This document shows, one piece after another, positions 48,403-59,506 of a DNA stretch of 64,000 nucleotides. Both the position numbers and the translations under genes were made by a program. The notes below the pieces were generated by a model that ran no database searches, was not told where the DNA came from, and saw only the letters and a list, made by a program, of their open reading frames with translations. This DNA is from an uncultured SAR116 cluster alpha proteobacterium (GTDB lineage: Bacteria; Pseudomonadota; Alphaproteobacteria; Puniceispirillales; GCA-002684695). Positions within the stretch are counted from its first letter, which is position 1, and every line of letters begins with the position of its first letter. The stretch is taken from assembly GCA_902522415.1 (NCBI GenBank), contig CABYVI010000001.1:9067-73066 (forward strand). Reading direction: 5' to 3'.

Positions 48403-49856
48403 CTGAAATTACAAAAAAAACAATCCTTGAAATAAAAGAAGGATTAAAAAAGAGGGACTTCAGTGCTTTAGAAGTTACTAAGGCATTTATTTCTGCTTCA
48501 GAGAAAAATAAGAACTTAAATATTTATAATACATTTACTCCAGAAAAAGCCTTAGAGTCTTCTAAAATTTCTCAACAAAGAATAGATCGTGGAGAGGAAA
48601 GATTACTGGATGGAATACCTATTGCAATCAAAGATCTTTTTTGTACGAAAGATATTCTCACAACAGCAAGTTCAAAAATTCTGAGCAATTTTATACCTAG
48701 CTATGAATCTACTGTAACACAAAAACTTTGGGATGCTGGAGCTTTGATGCTTGGTAAAGTTAGTTGTGATGAATTTGCTATGGGTTCGTCAAATGAAACA
48801 TCTTGTTTTGGAAATGTTATAAATCCTTGGTCAAAAAGAAATGGAAAAAACTTATCTCCTGGAGGGTCATCAGGAGGGTCATCATCAGTTGTATCTTCAG
48901 GATCAGCTTTAGCTGCTACAGGAACAGATACAGGCGGATCTATTAGGCAGCCTGTTGCATTTTGTGGTGTGACAGGAATTAAACCTTCATATGGAAGGTG
49001 TTCTAGATGGGGCATAGTGGCATTTGCATCTTCATTAGATCAGGCAGGACCAATAACTAAAACAGTTTCAGATTCAGCACTAATGTTGAATGTAATGTCT
49101 GGTTTTGATGATAAAGATTCAACATCAGCAGATTTAGATGTTCCAGATTTTACACAAACCTGTAATGATTTTAAATTAGATAAAGTAAAAATTGGTATTC
49201 CTAAAGAGTACCAAATTGATGGCATGTCTCCAGAAATTGTTAAATTATGGCAACAAGGATCTGAATGGTTAAAAGACAGAGGAGCTGAAATAGTTGAAGT
49301 ATCTTTACCTCATACAAAATATGCACTCCCAACTTATTATGTTATAGCTCCTGCTGAAGCTTCATCAAATCTTGCTCGTTATGATGGAGTTAGATACGGA
49401 TTAAGAAACTCTCAGGATAATCTTGATGAGCTTTATGCCTACTCTAGAGGTGAAGGTTTTGGTTATGAAGTGCAAAGAAGAATTTTGATTGGTACATATG
49501 TCCTTTCTGCAGGATACTATGATGCTTACTATAGAAAAGCACAAAGGGTTCGAAATTTAATTATTCAAGATTTTCAAAAGGCATTTGATAAAGTTGATGT
49601 TTTACTAACCCCAACAACACCTACTGCTGCGTTTGAATTAGGTTCACAGTTAGATCCTATAAGCATGTATATGAATGATGTATTTACAGTGCCTGCAAGT
49701 TTAGCTGGTTTACCCGCAATGAGTGTTCCATCAGGACTTTCTGAAGATGGGCTACCTTTGGGTTTGCAGATTATTGGTAATCAGTTTGATGAAAACAGTG
49801 TTTTAAAGATTGCAGCAAATTTAGAAAATCAAGCAAGTTTCCCTTTTCTAAATTAA
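48399..49856 (+). CDS. gatA: Asp/Glu-tRNA amidotransferase subunit A
   Basis: 485 aa with the amidase signature GGSSGGSS..V....[13 protein letters not shown] and IAIKD. Confidence 0.95.
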   Translation: MTEITKKTILEIKEGLKKRDFSALEVTKAFISASEKNKNLNIYNTFTPEKALESSKISQQRIDRGEERLLDGIPIAIKDLFCTKDILTTASSKILSNFIPSYESTVTQKLWDAGALMLGKVSCDEFAMGSSNETSCFGNVINPWSKRNGKNLSPGGSSGGSSSVVSSGSALAATGTDTGGSIRQPVAFCGVTGIKPSYGRCSRWGIVAFASSLDQAGPITKTVSDSALMLNVMSGFDDKDSTSADLDVPDFTQTCNDFKLDKVKIGIPKEYQIDGMSPEIVKLWQQGSEWLKDRGAEIVEVSLPHTKYALPTYYVIAPAEASSNLARYDGVRYGLRNSQDNLDELYAYSRGEGFGYEVQRRILIGTYVLSAGYYDAYYRKAQRVRNLIIQDFQKAFDKVDVLLTPTTPTAAFELGSQLDPISMYMNDVFTVPASLAGLPAMSVPSGLSEDGLPLGLQIIGNQFDENSVLKIAANLENQASFPFLN

Positions 49857-49875
49857 ATTTTGATAGAGAGATATT

Positions 49876-51330
49876 ATGGAAAAATTTTTAATTAATGGTG
49901 AAAATGACAATTTTGAAATTGTTGTTGGCTTGGAAATTCATGCTCAAGTTAATTCTCAGGCAAAATTATTTTCAGGGTCTTCAACAAAATTTGGCTCTAA
50001 ACCAAATGAGAATGTAAGTTTAGTTGATGCGGCAATGCCAGGTATGCTTCCAGTTATAAATAAGCATTGTATTAAACAAGCCGTAAAGTCTGGTCTAGGT
50101 TTAAGAGCAAAAATTAATAAATTTAGTATTTTTGATCGTAAAAATTATTTTTATGCTGACCTTCCTCAGGGGTACCAAATTTCTCAATACTCAGATCCTA
50201 TTGTTGGTGAAGGTAATGTTGAAATAAACTTTCCAGATGGAACAAAAAAAAATATTGGAATAGAGAGGTTACACTTAGAACAAGATGCAGGTAAATCTTT
50301 ACACGACCAACACCCTAGCAAATCGTATATAGACCTAAATAGATCTGGAGTTGCTTTAATGGAAATTGTTAGCAAGCCAGATATTACATCACCTGATGAG
50401 GCAGGCGCTTTCATTAAAAAAATTCGTTCTATTTTGCGATTTCTGGATACATGTGACGGTAATATGGAGCAAGGCTCACTGAGATGTGATGTTAACGTTT
50501 CAGTTAGAAGGGCTGGTGAGCCTTTGGGGACAAGATGTGAAATCAAAAATTTAAATTCCGTACGGTTTGTTATGATGGCTATAGTTTCTGAAGCAAAAAG
50601 GCAGGTTGAAGAAATCGAAAATGGTAATGAGATCATTCAAGAAACTCGTTTGTTTGATTCAGATAAACTTGAAACAAGACCGATGAGAAGTAAAGAAAAT
50701 GCACACGACTATAGGTATTTTCCAGATCCTGACTTAATGCCATTAGAGCTAACTGATGATTTTATATCTAACATTAAAAGCTCTTTACCATTGCTACCAG
50801 ACGAGATCAGGGTAAAATTAGTAAATGATTTTGGTTTATCTGATTATGATGCTTCTGTCATAAGTGAAGAAAAAGAAACCTCTGATTACTTTTTTATCGC
50901 GACTGAAGGAAAAGATGGAAAGCTTGTTTCAAACTGGTTAACAACGGAATTGTTCGGCTCTCTAAATAAAAATAGTTTATCCATAAACAATAGCCCAATT
51001 AAGCCAAAACAATTAGGTGAGTTAGTGGGCTTTATTTCTGATGGAACAATTTCTGGCAGAATAGCAAAAGATATATTCGCTGAAATGTTTGAAACTGGTT
51101 CAGATGCGTCTTCAATTATTGATGAGAAAGGTTTAAAGCAAAATTCAAATTCAGAAGATATTATAAAAATGATAGATAACGTTATTAATAATAATCAAGA
51201 CAAAGTTAATGAATACAAAGGTGGAAAAGATAAATTATTTGGTTTTTTTGTAGGTCAAGTAATGAAAGATAGTGGTGGTAAAGCTAATCCAAAAATGGTA
51301 AATGAAATATTAAAAGCAAAATTAAATTAG
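49876..51330 (+). CDS. gatB: Asp/Glu-tRNA amidotransferase subunit B
   Basis: 484 aa. It has [34 protein letters not shown] and CDVNVS, plus a C-terminal YqeY-like tail. Confidence 0.95.
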   Translation: MEKFLINGENDNFEIVVGLEIHAQVNSQAKLFSGSSTKFGSKPNENVSLVDAAMPGMLPVINKHCIKQAVKSGLGLRAKINKFSIFDRKNYFYADLPQGYQISQYSDPIVGEGNVEINFPDGTKKNIGIERLHLEQDAGKSLHDQHPSKSYIDLNRSGVALMEIVSKPDITSPDEAGAFIKKIRSILRFLDTCDGNMEQGSLRCDVNVSVRRAGEPLGTRCEIKNLNSVRFVMMAIVSEAKRQVEEIENGNEIIQETRLFDSDKLETRPMRSKENAHDYRYFPDPDLMPLELTDDFISNIKSSLPLLPDEIRVKLVNDFGLSDYDASVISEEKETSDYFFIATEGKDGKLVSNWLTTELFGSLNKNSLSINNSPIKPKQLGELVGFISDGTISGRIAKDIFAEMFETGSDASSIIDEKGLKQNSNSEDIIKMIDNVINNNQDKVNEYKGGKDKLFGFFVGQVMKDSGGKANPKMVNEILKAKLN

Positions 51331-52266
51331 GCTTCTTTCTCTAGCTGTCATATTTACTTTGTCGCTCGAATACCAATACGGGTTAGGGCTATATAGCTTA
51401 ATCAAATAATCAATAAATGATTTAATTTTTGGGGATAAATATTTCTTTGATGGATAAACAGCATAAATTGGATCTTGTTCAACAACAAATTCGTCAAGCA
51501 AACTTATAAGTCTTCCATCTCGTATTTGTCTTCCTGTAATATACCCTGAAAGCATTGCAATTCCACCTCCATTTATAGCTGATCTCAAGATATGTTCACC
51601 ATTAGTCATGCTAAGATCACCATTCATTCTCATTGTATAAGGTTTCTTGCTAATTTGAAAATGCCAGTCATTATATACACTTCTGCCTCTGTAAGTTATT
51701 AGTCTATGTTCCAATAGATCTTCAGGTTTTTTTGGATAACCCCTTTTTTCTAAATATGATGGACTTGCGACAATAGTTCTATTCCCTGGCGCTATTTTTT
51801 TTCTGATTAATGTTGAGTCTTCAAGTTCTGTAAATTTTATTGCTACATCAATCGACTCTTTGATAATATCTATATTTCCTTCATATGTAATCAACTCAAC
51901 TCTTAATTCAGGATATTTATCCATAAAATTTGGTAAATGTGGCGATATGTGGCGAGTTCCAAAGGCTTGAGGCGAAGCAATTTTTAGAAGTCCCCTTGGA
52001 TTATTTTGTGAAGCATTGACTAAAACTTCTCCTTCTTCAAAAGCATCTAAAATATTAATTGCTTTCTCTAAATAAGCCTCACCAATGTCAGTTAAGGAAA
52101 TTCTTCTTGTTGTTCTATTAAGGAGACGAACACCTAAGTAATCTTCTAAAGAAGAGATTTGTTTAGATGCAGATGAGGGAGAAATGTTAAGCTTATCAGC
52201 TGCTCTCCCTAAAGAATTTTGCTCTGTAATTGCGATAAAAACGCGAATATTAGAAAGTACGTCCAT
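51322..52266 (-). CDS. LysR-family transcriptional regulator
   Basis: 314 aa. The N-terminal wHTH is [50 protein letters not shown], followed by a LysR substrate-binding domain. It is convergent with gatB, with a 9-nt overlap. Confidence 0.9.
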   Translation of the reverse strand: MDVLSNIRVFIAITEQNSLGRAADKLNISPSSASKQISSLEDYLGVRLLNRTTRRISLTDIGEAYLEKAINILDAFEEGEVLVNASQNNPRGLLKIASPQAFGTRHISPHLPNFMDKYPELRVELITYEGNIDIIKESIDVAIKFTELEDSTLIRKKIAPGNRTIVASPSYLEKRGYPKKPEDLLEHRLITYRGRSVYNDWHFQISKKPYTMRMNGDLSMTNGEHILRSAINGGGIAMLSGYITGRQIRDGRLISLLDEFVVEQDPIYAVYPSKKYLSPKIKSFIDYLIKLYSPNPYWYSSDKVNMTARERSLI

Positions 52267-52285
52267 ATTAAAAATAATTGAAAAA

Positions 52286-52310
52286 AATCAGTACTTATTT
52301 AGTACTGATT
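52286..52310. promoter_or_regulatory. Perfect 10-bp dyad (candidate LysR-type operator) in the divergent promoter region
   Basis: AATCAGTACT (52286-52295) and AGTACTGATT (52301-52310) are separated by TATTT, and the dyad starts 20 nt upstream of the LysR start. It sits between divergent genes, so it cannot be a terminator. Dyad symmetry with a T-N11-A core is typical of LTTR boxes. Confidence 0.45.
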
Positions 52311-52433
52311 AATATTAAAGTCAAAATTTATTTACCAAATATATGCTTATTATATATTTTTCAATATTAATCATTTCAATGTTTGTTAAATTTATATATA
52401 TATATAATGAAGTGATAATAATGAGGAACCGGG

Positions 52434-52892
52434 ATGAAATATTATAATTTAGGATTTGTAATTATAATTTCTTTATTGCTTTCAGGTTGTATTGGACCTT
52501 TGTATAATCCGTACCCACTGTCAAAAGTTGTTGCAAAAGTTGGTCCACCATTAAAATTAAGTGGCATGTCTGTGGAAGAACAGATTAATGCCGAAATTCT
52601 TGCAGAAAAAAAAGAGAATGTAGAAGATGCAACTCTTACTGATGATAATACAAGTTCATTAACTGATAGCACTGATGTTGTAGAAGATAGTTTTAATGAG
52701 CTAGATATAGAAGTTATAGATGCCAAAACTATTGTTGCAAAATGGGATCTAAATGTTAATGAAAATTTAATTTTACCTCCTCTTGAAATTGTTAAAGCTG
52801 TCAATGAAAAATGTTTAAATGGAAATACAGCCCAGTTAATAACTTTTTCATCATCAGAAGGTACAGCAGAAGCGAAATATAAATGCTGGTAA
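52434..52892 (+). CDS. Hypothetical lipoprotein
   Basis: 152 aa. The lipobox is IIISLLLSG/C, followed by an acidic Ser/Thr/Asp/Glu-rich linker and a C-terminal domain with one Cys pair. No family is recognised. Confidence 0.5.
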   Translation: MKYYNLGFVIIISLLLSGCIGPLYNPYPLSKVVAKVGPPLKLSGMSVEEQINAEILAEKKENVEDATLTDDNTSSLTDSTDVVEDSFNELDIEVIDAKTIVAKWDLNVNENLILPPLEIVKAVNEKCLNGNTAQLITFSSSEGTAEAKYKCW

Positions 52893-52898
52893 TATAAA

Positions 52899-53177
52899 TT
52901 ATAAATTCAAAAATAAATTTTTTAAATTTTCTTTAATTTCAGATAGTTTTTGTTTTAAAAATTGATTTTCATTTCTAAGTTTTTTTAATTCATCATTGAG
53001 AAAATTTATTTCCATCTGGTATCTATTTCTTGAATTATCTATTTGCATTGCCATGCATTGATTATATTTGTTTATTTGAAAGGCACTATCGCCTTCAAGA
53101 ATGCATTCATTAGCTTGAGCTTTTATCAAAATTAAGAATGTAAAGGATAATACAACTAAAATTTTTAATCTTTTCAT
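52899..53177 (-). CDS. Hypothetical exported coiled-coil protein
   Basis: 92 aa. The signal peptide MKRLKILVVLSFTFLILIKAQA/NE is followed by one Cys pair and a heptad-like C-terminus (ELKKLRNENQFLKQKLSEIKENLKNL). Confidence 0.4.
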   Translation of the reverse strand: MKRLKILVVLSFTFLILIKAQANECILEGDSAFQINKYNQCMAMQIDNSRNRYQMEINFLNDELKKLRNENQFLKQKLSEIKENLKNLFLNL

Positions 53178-53194
53178 ATGCTCTCTTATTTAAT

Positions 53195-53413
53195 TTAAAA
53201 TGGAAATCTCGAATTTGAATTACTTCTGTATATTTTAAATTCTTCTCCTTTTGCAAGTGGTATACATGTAAATTTTGGTGGGATTATATTTATTGAATTT
53301 AAATCTGAGCCAGTATTTTGAGCTTCGGCAAAACACTCCTCTGCAGATGAAAATCTTAAACCACTATCAATAATATCGTTACCTAAAAACCAAATAATAA
53401 GAAATTCAATCAA
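53195..53413 (-). CDS. Hypothetical small protein
   Basis: 72 aa with a hydrophobic N-terminus (MIEFLIIWFL) and one Cys pair. The only support is ORF length in an AT-rich genome and co-orientation with neighbouring genes. Confidence 0.3.
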   Translation of the reverse strand: MIEFLIIWFLGNDIIDSGLRFSSAEECFAEAQNTGSDLNSINIIPPKFTCIPLAKGEEFKIYRSNSNSRFPF

Positions 53414-53476
53414 TGCTTACTCCTTAGTAATAACATAATATATACATGTTCTAAGTAATAAATAAAATTTAATATT

Positions 53477-54685
53477 TCAAAATTTTTGATACTTGACCTT
53501 TAAAAAAATCATAACCAATAAAAAAAATATTATTCCTTCTAACCCCATTATAAGTGTCAGTAACTGCGTTGAAAAATTATTGGACATAAATGAAATATTT
53601 AATGTTCCGATTGCACCACTTCCTATTGCAATTGTTAATAAACTAAAAGTCGATGATCTTAAAGAAGGATTTGAATATAAATAAACAATACTGCTTTGGA
53701 GTGCTGAGTAGGAAGATGTAACAAATCCAGCAAAAAACAAAAGTATAACTAATAATACTAAATTTGTTGAAATCGCAATCGAACTAATAAAAACAAAAAG
53801 TAAAAAGAGGGTTAAGCAAAAAAATAATTGTTTTCTAATTGGTGGAAAAGCAGATATTAATACGCCACCAATAAAGGCTCCTAAGCCTTCAACAGATACA
53901 ATTATTCCAGTATTAAAAGGATTTATTGCAAACTTTTCAATAACTAGTATTCCAATTAAAGAAAGAAATGGTAGACCAAAAATATTAAATAAAGGTGTAA
54001 GGAGTATGACAGTAATTAGCATTGGTTTTTTTAGTACTTCAGAAATTACTACTGAGAACAACTCTCTAAATGAACTTTTTTCATTTGAAAATTGATTATT
54101 ATCCTTTTCGTACAAAATTAGGTAAGTAGAAAAAAAATATAAAACAGATAAAAATAAAAAAATAAAATTTGGTTCTAAATAAGTAAGAAAAACACCTCCT
54201 GCAATAGGCCCTATTAACCTTGTTGCATGAGTAGATAATACGTCAATGGAAACTCCTGAAGAAATTAAATGATCAGGTAAAGCATCCCCTAACATCCTTC
54301 TCCTAAAGGAAAAATCAACACTCCATAATGACCCACTAAGAGCAGAGATTAGGAATAAACCAACTAATTCCAAATTTAAATCAATTAAAAAACTCAAGAA
54401 AACTATTAAACTAAACAAAGAACATATACTTGTGAAATATATCATTACTTTTTGGCCAGAAAATAATGAGCCTTTAGCACTAAAAAATAAACCTGTTGCA
54501 GCTAGAGAAAAAAATCTAGCTGTCATTATGTATCCAACTATTGCTGCATTTCCAGTTAATTCCCAACTTAGAATTGAAAATGTTAGAAATTCAAACCACC
54601 TTGATATGCTTGTTAAGAAACCAGCAAAAAATAATTTTCTAAATGATTTAAATTTCCAAATATCGTAAGTTAGTTGAAATCCCAT
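53477..54685 (-). CDS. MFS transporter
   Basis: 402 aa with about 12 hydrophobic segments in a 6+6 arrangement separated by a central loop (NNQFSNEKSSFRE). It starts 9 nt downstream of the codA-like gene stop. Confidence 0.75.
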   Translation of the reverse strand: MGFQLTYDIWKFKSFRKLFFAGFLTSISRWFEFLTFSILSWELTGNAAIVGYIMTARFFSLAATGLFFSAKGSLFSGQKVMIYFTSICSLFSLIVFLSFLIDLNLELVGLFLISALSGSLWSVDFSFRRRMLGDALPDHLISSGVSIDVLSTHATRLIGPIAGGVFLTYLEPNFIFLFLSVLYFFSTYLILYEKDNNQFSNEKSSFRELFSVVISEVLKKPMLITVILLTPLFNIFGLPFLSLIGILVIEKFAINPFNTGIIVSVEGLGAFIGGVLISAFPPIRKQLFFCLTLFLLFVFISSIAISTNLVLLVILLFFAGFVTSSYSALQSSIVYLYSNPSLRSSTFSLLTIAIGSGAIGTLNISFMSNNFSTQLLTLIMGLEGIIFFLLVMIFLKVKYQKF

Positions 54686-54693
54686 TTATGAGT

Positions 54694-55959
54694 TCAAAAA
54701 ATTAAATCAGTATATTCAGGCTTACTATTTAACTGCAATTTATATTCTGTAGGATTTGAAGAACTTATGACTTTTCCTTTCTTGACTACAAAAATCCGAG
54801 TAGGTTTTAGCCTTAACGCTTCAATTTTATTTTTACACTGAAGGATTACTAAATCTCCGTAAGACCCTTTTTTAAGTCCATATTTTTCTATATGTAAAAC
54901 TTTTGCAGCAGTTGTTGTAACTGAATCAAAACATGAAATCATTTCATTTACACCTGTCATTTGTGCGACATGTAGGGCCATATGAGCAACTTCAAGCATA
55001 TCGTGTGACCCTAGAGGGTACCATGGGTCCATAACGCAATCGTGCCCAAAAGCCACATTTAACCCTGCTTTAATTTGTTCAGGAACTCTAGTCATGCCAC
55101 GTCTTTTAGGATAAGTGTCATGTTTCCCTTGAATAGTTATGTTTATAAGTGGATTGGGAATAACATTCATTTCAGCTTCAACCATAAGACCGATTAGTTT
55201 TGAAAAGTAATAATTATCCATTGAATGCATAGAAGTGAGATGTGATCCAGCAACTCTGCCTTTCATATTAAGCCTATTGGTATGAAGTGTGAGAGTCTCG
55301 ATATGTCTTGAATTGGGGTCATCACTTTCATCACAGTGCATATCGACAAGCAAATTTCTTTTTTCAGCTAATTCACATAAAATTTTAATTGATTCTGATC
55401 CTTCAACCATAGTTCTTTCAAAGTGTGGAATGCCACCAACTACATCAACACCCATATCTAAAGATTTAATTAAATTTTTGTGGCAATTAGATCTTAAAAG
55501 TCCATCTTGAGGGAAAGCAACTAATTGTAACTCGATATAATCTTTCATTTCATCTTTTATTTCGAGCAAAGCTTCAACTGCCAGTAAATTATCACCAGAA
55601 ACATCAACATGAGACCTAATTATCAGGGTACCTCGAGCAATAGCCCATTTACAAAGCTTTCGTGCTCTATTTTTAATCGCATCTTTAGTTAACGTCGGTT
55701 TTAATTCTCCCCAAAGCTGAATGCCTTCAAGAAGAGTTCCTGATTGATTAACCCGAGGCAATCCATAGCTTAAAGTTGCATCCATATGAAAATGACTGTC
55801 AACAAATGGTGAAGTTACAAAGTAATTTTTAGCATCAATTTCTGGACAGCCAATTTTTGGAATATTATTGGTAATATCCTCAATTAAACCATTTTTGATA
55901 AAAATATCCTTGCTGTCACTATTCCCTAAATTACAGTTTCTAATGATTAAATCTGACAT
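54694..55959 (-). CDS. codA: Cytosine deaminase-like amidohydrolase (CodA family)
   Basis: 421 aa, collinear with my recollection of E. coli CodA. Matching segments are PFVDSHFHMD (HxH), NQSGTLLEGI, VAFPQDG, IPHFE, DMHCDESDD, SH..SMHS, ANPL.NI.IQG..DTYPKRRG.TRV and FGHDCVMDPWYPLG. Confidence 0.8.
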   Translation of the reverse strand: MSDLIIRNCNLGNSDSKDIFIKNGLIEDITNNIPKIGCPEIDAKNYFVTSPFVDSHFHMDATLSYGLPRVNQSGTLLEGIQLWGELKPTLTKDAIKNRARKLCKWAIARGTLIIRSHVDVSGDNLLAVEALLEIKDEMKDYIELQLVAFPQDGLLRSNCHKNLIKSLDMGVDVVGGIPHFERTMVEGSESIKILCELAEKRNLLVDMHCDESDDPNSRHIETLTLHTNRLNMKGRVAGSHLTSMHSMDNYYFSKLIGLMVEAEMNVIPNPLINITIQGKHDTYPKRRGMTRVPEQIKAGLNVAFGHDCVMDPWYPLGSHDMLEVAHMALHVAQMTGVNEMISCFDSVTTTAAKVLHIEKYGLKKGSYGDLVILQCKNKIEALRLKPTRIFVVKKGKVISSSNPTEYKLQLNSKPEYTDLIF

Positions 55960-55969
55960 AATAACACCT

Positions 55970-56920
55970 CTAATGTCTTTCTCCTCTTCGGAAAGGAATT
56001 AATAACGCTCTTGGATAACGTGTTCTTTTTGAAGCAACTATCATAGCCGCTATACTTAAAATAAATGGTAGCATTAAAAAAAACTGATAGGGAATAAATG
56101 CTCCTGCAAGCTGCTGTGCTCTAACTTGATACGCATCTAAACCAGCAAATAAAAGAGCGCCAAGCAAAGCCCTTTCTGGTTTCCATGCAGCAAATATAAC
56201 TAAAGCAATTGCAATCCAACCACGACCATTAATCATCCCAAAATAAAATGCGTCAAATGCAGACATTGTCAAATAAGCGCCTCCAACTGCCATTAATGAA
56301 CTACCTAAAATAACTGACAAGGTTCTAACTAACAGTACATCGATGCCTTGTGCTTCAAGAGCCATTGGATTTTCACCAGCCATTTTAATGGACAAACCAA
56401 AAGGTGTAGAATTTAAGAGCCAAAATATGATAATTACGGAAGCAAAAGCAATATATGTAAATGGTGTATGTTGAAATAGGGCTTCACCTAAAAATGGTAT
56501 TTCTGAGAGATAAGGAATATCTAATTTTTCAAAAGGAATAATTTTTGGTGGTGTTGTTGAGCTTGGCAGAATAAGCCTAAAAGAGAAAAACCCTATTGAA
56601 GAAGCAAGCATTGTAATGCCAATTCCAGTAACGTGCTGTGATGCTCCAAGATAAACAGTAAATATCGCATGCAAAAAACCAAACAAAGCACCCATAATTG
56701 CAGCTAAAAGTATTCCTGAATATAAATCCGCTCCTAAGTAAACTGCTGTCCAACCAACCATTGCTCCGAGAGACATTATTCCTTCAATTCCTAAGTTCAA
56801 AACCCCTGATCTTTCACAAATTACTTCACCTAAGGTTGCAAAAATTAGTGGGCAGGCAATTCTTATTGTTGCAGCCCAGAAGCCCGCGGTAAAGAAAATT
56901 TCTATAAAGTCAAAAATCAT
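55970..56920 (-). CDS. ABC transporter permease (BMP/nucleoside-type system, second permease)
   Basis: 316 aa polytopic protein in the branched-chain/simple-sugar type permease family (LNLGIEGIMSLGAM, GENP.A). It overlaps the upstream permease by 4 nt. Confidence 0.8.
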   Translation of the reverse strand: MIFDFIEIFFTAGFWAATIRIACPLIFATLGEVICERSGVLNLGIEGIMSLGAMVGWTAVYLGADLYSGILLAAIMGALFGFLHAIFTVYLGASQHVTGIGITMLASSIGFFSFRLILPSSTTPPKIIPFEKLDIPYLSEIPFLGEALFQHTPFTYIAFASVIIIFWLLNSTPFGLSIKMAGENPMALEAQGIDVLLVRTLSVILGSSLMAVGGAYLTMSAFDAFYFGMINGRGWIAIALVIFAAWKPERALLGALLFAGLDAYQVRAQQLAGAFIPYQFFLMLPFILSIAAMIVASKRTRYPRALLIPFRRGERH

Positions 56921-58002
56921 TTTTTAAGACCTGAAAATTTAAATTTATATTGGTTCATTACTAAACTGACTAAAACGCATAAGATAGTTATTGCAACTAT
57001 AACATCAGCTAAATAACTTGGAACATTCATAGACCTGCTCATGGCATCTGCACCAACGTATATAGAGGCTAGGAAAATACCTGAAGCTATAACCCCAATT
57101 GGATGTAGGGCCGCAAGCATAGCTACTGCAATTCCCGCGTAACCAAAACCTGGGGATAAATCCAAAGTCAAATATCCTTTTAAGCCTGCAGTTTCTGTTA
57201 CCCCAGCCATTCCAGCCATTCCCCCACTTAATAAAGCAACTATAAAAATAGTTTTTAAAACAGGGATGCCAGAATGTTTTGCAGCAGATGAGTTATATCC
57301 TACTGCCTTAATTTGGTAACCAATTAAATGTTTAGAGAGAATTATCCAAACTAACATTGCAAATAATATTGAGAATATAAAGCCCAGATGTAATCTTGTT
57401 CTTGCAACTATTTGCGGTAAAACACCTTGGTCTATAACAGAAGCACCTTGAGGCCATCCTAGGGACATAGGATCCTTCCATGGGCCTTCTAATAGATAAC
57501 TTACTAGCAGAATAATAATAAAATTAGTTAAAAGAGTAGAAACAACTTCATCAACTTTAAAATAATTTTTTAATAAAACAAGAGGTAGAAGAAGAAGCCC
57601 TCCAGCTATTGCCCCGACTAAAAAGAGAAAAGGAATCATCAAAATTGACGGTAATTCAATAAGACCTGTACCAAAAAAAGTAACAGCTAAGGCACCTGCA
57701 TAAAGTTGCCCTTCTGCACCTATATTCCAAAACTTAGCTCTAAAAGCAATGCTTGCAGCCAATCCTGTTAAAATAAGTGGAGTTGCTCTAGAAAGTGTTT
57801 CAGCAATAGCATTTCTTGAACCAAACGAACCAATTAAAAGTTCTTTGAGTGAATCGACCGGACTTACTCCTGCTAGAAATATAAAAAAACATGATATAAT
57901 TAATGAAACAAATACAGCAATGAAGGGGGAAAGAATTTGTATTCTTACATTCCTATTTTCTCTTTCCTCAAGTCTAAAATTAATCATTTTAAAAGCCTTC
58001 AC
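56917..58002 (-). CDS. ABC transporter permease (BMP/nucleoside-type system, first permease)
   Basis: 361 aa polytopic protein (WNIGAEGQLYAGA, VGYN..AAK.SGI). It overlaps the ATPase gene by 14 nt. Confidence 0.8.
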   Translation of the reverse strand: MKAFKMINFRLEERENRNVRIQILSPFIAVFVSLIISCFFIFLAGVSPVDSLKELLIGSFGSRNAIAETLSRATPLILTGLAASIAFRAKFWNIGAEGQLYAGALAVTFFGTGLIELPSILMIPFLFLVGAIAGGLLLLPLVLLKNYFKVDEVVSTLLTNFIIILLVSYLLEGPWKDPMSLGWPQGASVIDQGVLPQIVARTRLHLGFIFSILFAMLVWIILSKHLIGYQIKAVGYNSSAAKHSGIPVLKTIFIVALLSGGMAGMAGVTETAGLKGYLTLDLSPGFGYAGIAVAMLAALHPIGVIASGIFLASIYVGADAMSRSMNVPSYLADVIVAITILCVLVSLVMNQYKFKFSGLKK

Positions 58003-59500
58003 CAGACATCATCATACCTATTTTTAACTTTTCAATATTTGAAGATGTAAGCGGATTAGAAAGTTTACCATTATACATTACGCATATTTTATCAGATAAA
58101 GTTATTAATTCGTCCAAATCTTCTCCAATAATTATTATCCCATTACCATTTTTTCTTGCCTCTAAGAGCATTTTATGAACTGCAGCAATTGCCCCTTCAT
58201 CTAGACCTCTAGTAGGTTGACAAGCAATAATAAGTTTTGGTTTACGGTTAAGCCACTTTCCAATTAACAATTTTTGAACATTTCCTCCAGATAGTAATCT
58301 TGAAGGTTGATCTATAGACTGGTATCTAACATCATTCAGTTGGCATATTTTGCTAGATTTTTCTTTGCTTTTTTTAGATTTAATAAATCCAAAATTGTTA
58401 ACAATTTCCCTATTGCTGGTTTCAGTCATTATTGCATTTTCCCAAATACTCATGTCACCAACAAGGCCATCTTTATTTCTATCTTCAGGAATATAAGCAA
58501 TTCCTAATTCCATAAAACTTTTTGCAGAAAATGTATTTATTTCTTTATTATCAAAAAATAGTTTTCCATTTGTAGGTTTAACATGACCACTCAAAATTTT
58601 AGCAAAATTTTGCTGACCATTTCCTGCAACTCCAGCAATACCAATAATTTCTCCCCCAGATAACTCTAAATTTAAATTTTCAATTTTTACATCGAGATCT
58701 AAATCAGTTTCATAAAAAATATTTTCTAACTTTAAAATTTTATTTAAAGGCAAGGATTTGGTTTTTTTGGGGTATTGGATTTCTTTTCCTACAATTAATG
58801 ATGCAATCGATTTATAATCAGCTGACTTAGTGAGCTGCTCTCCAGCTATTTTCCCATTTCTTAGAACGATTATTCTGTCACTTATTGATAATACTTCATG
58901 AAGTTTATGAGAAATTAAAATTACAGAAAGGCCCTGTTTAACCATATTATTGATTGTTTTATAAAGAGCTTCTGTTTCTTGGGGTGTTAATGCAGCTGTT
59001 GGCTCATCAAGAATTAGAAGCTCACAGTCTTTGTATAAGGTTTTTAAAATTTCTAACCTTTGCTTTTCGCTTACAGATAAATCTGAAACCATAGCATTAG
59101 GATTAATTGGTAAATTGAACTTATCAATTAATGAATTTAATTTTTCGATCGAGGCTTTTTTCGATAAATCCAAACTAAATAGAGATTTATGCCCAATTAT
59201 TATATTTTCAAGAACAGTTAAATTGTCTGCAAGAGTAAAATGTTGATGAACCATCCCTATACCCAAAGAGATAGAGTTTCCAGTATTGCCAAATGTAAGA
59301 GGTTTATTTTTAAAATATATATTTCCTTTATCTGGCATGTAGTGGCCAAATAAAATATTCATAAGTGTTGTTTTACCTGCTCCATTTTCTCCTAAAATAG
59401 CAAGGATTTCACCTTTATTTACCGAAAAACTAATGTCGCTGTTGGCAATAAGGTTTCCAAAAAACTTTGATATAGATTCAACTTTTAAAATAGGTTGCAT
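57989..59500 (-). CDS. ABC transporter ATP-binding protein with duplicated ATPase domains
   Basis: 503 aa. The first domain has GENGAGKTT, LSVSEKQRLEILKTL and LILDEPTA. The second has a degenerate P-loop GVAGNGQ, plus LSGGNVQKLLIGKWL. This is typical of sugar/nucleoside (CUT2-like) importers. Confidence 0.9.
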   Translation of the reverse strand: MQPILKVESISKFFGNLIANSDISFSVNKGEILAILGENGAGKTTLMNILFGHYMPDKGNIYFKNKPLTFGNTGNSISLGIGMVHQHFTLADNLTVLENIIIGHKSLFSLDLSKKASIEKLNSLIDKFNLPINPNAMVSDLSVSEKQRLEILKTLYKDCELLILDEPTAALTPQETEALYKTINNMVKQGLSVILISHKLHEVLSISDRIIVLRNGKIAGEQLTKSADYKSIASLIVGKEIQYPKKTKSLPLNKILKLENIFYETDLDLDVKIENLNLELSGGEIIGIAGVAGNGQQNFAKILSGHVKPTNGKLFFDNKEINTFSAKSFMELGIAYIPEDRNKDGLVGDMSIWENAIMTETSNREIVNNFGFIKSKKSKEKSSKICQLNDVRYQSIDQPSRLLSGGNVQKLLIGKWLNRKPKLIIACQPTRGLDEGAIAAVHKMLLEARKNGNGIIIIGEDLDELITLSDKICVMYNGKLSNPLTSSNIEKLKIGMMMSGEGF

Positions 59501-59506
59501 AGTATT

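Noticed and set aside
51780-51800. A near-match to a DnaA box (TTATCCAAA on the minus strand, around 51790), noticed while looking for replication-related sites near hda and dnaB.
   Set aside because: It is a single imperfect match inside the LysR coding sequence, with no cluster of boxes or AT-rich unwinding element nearby.
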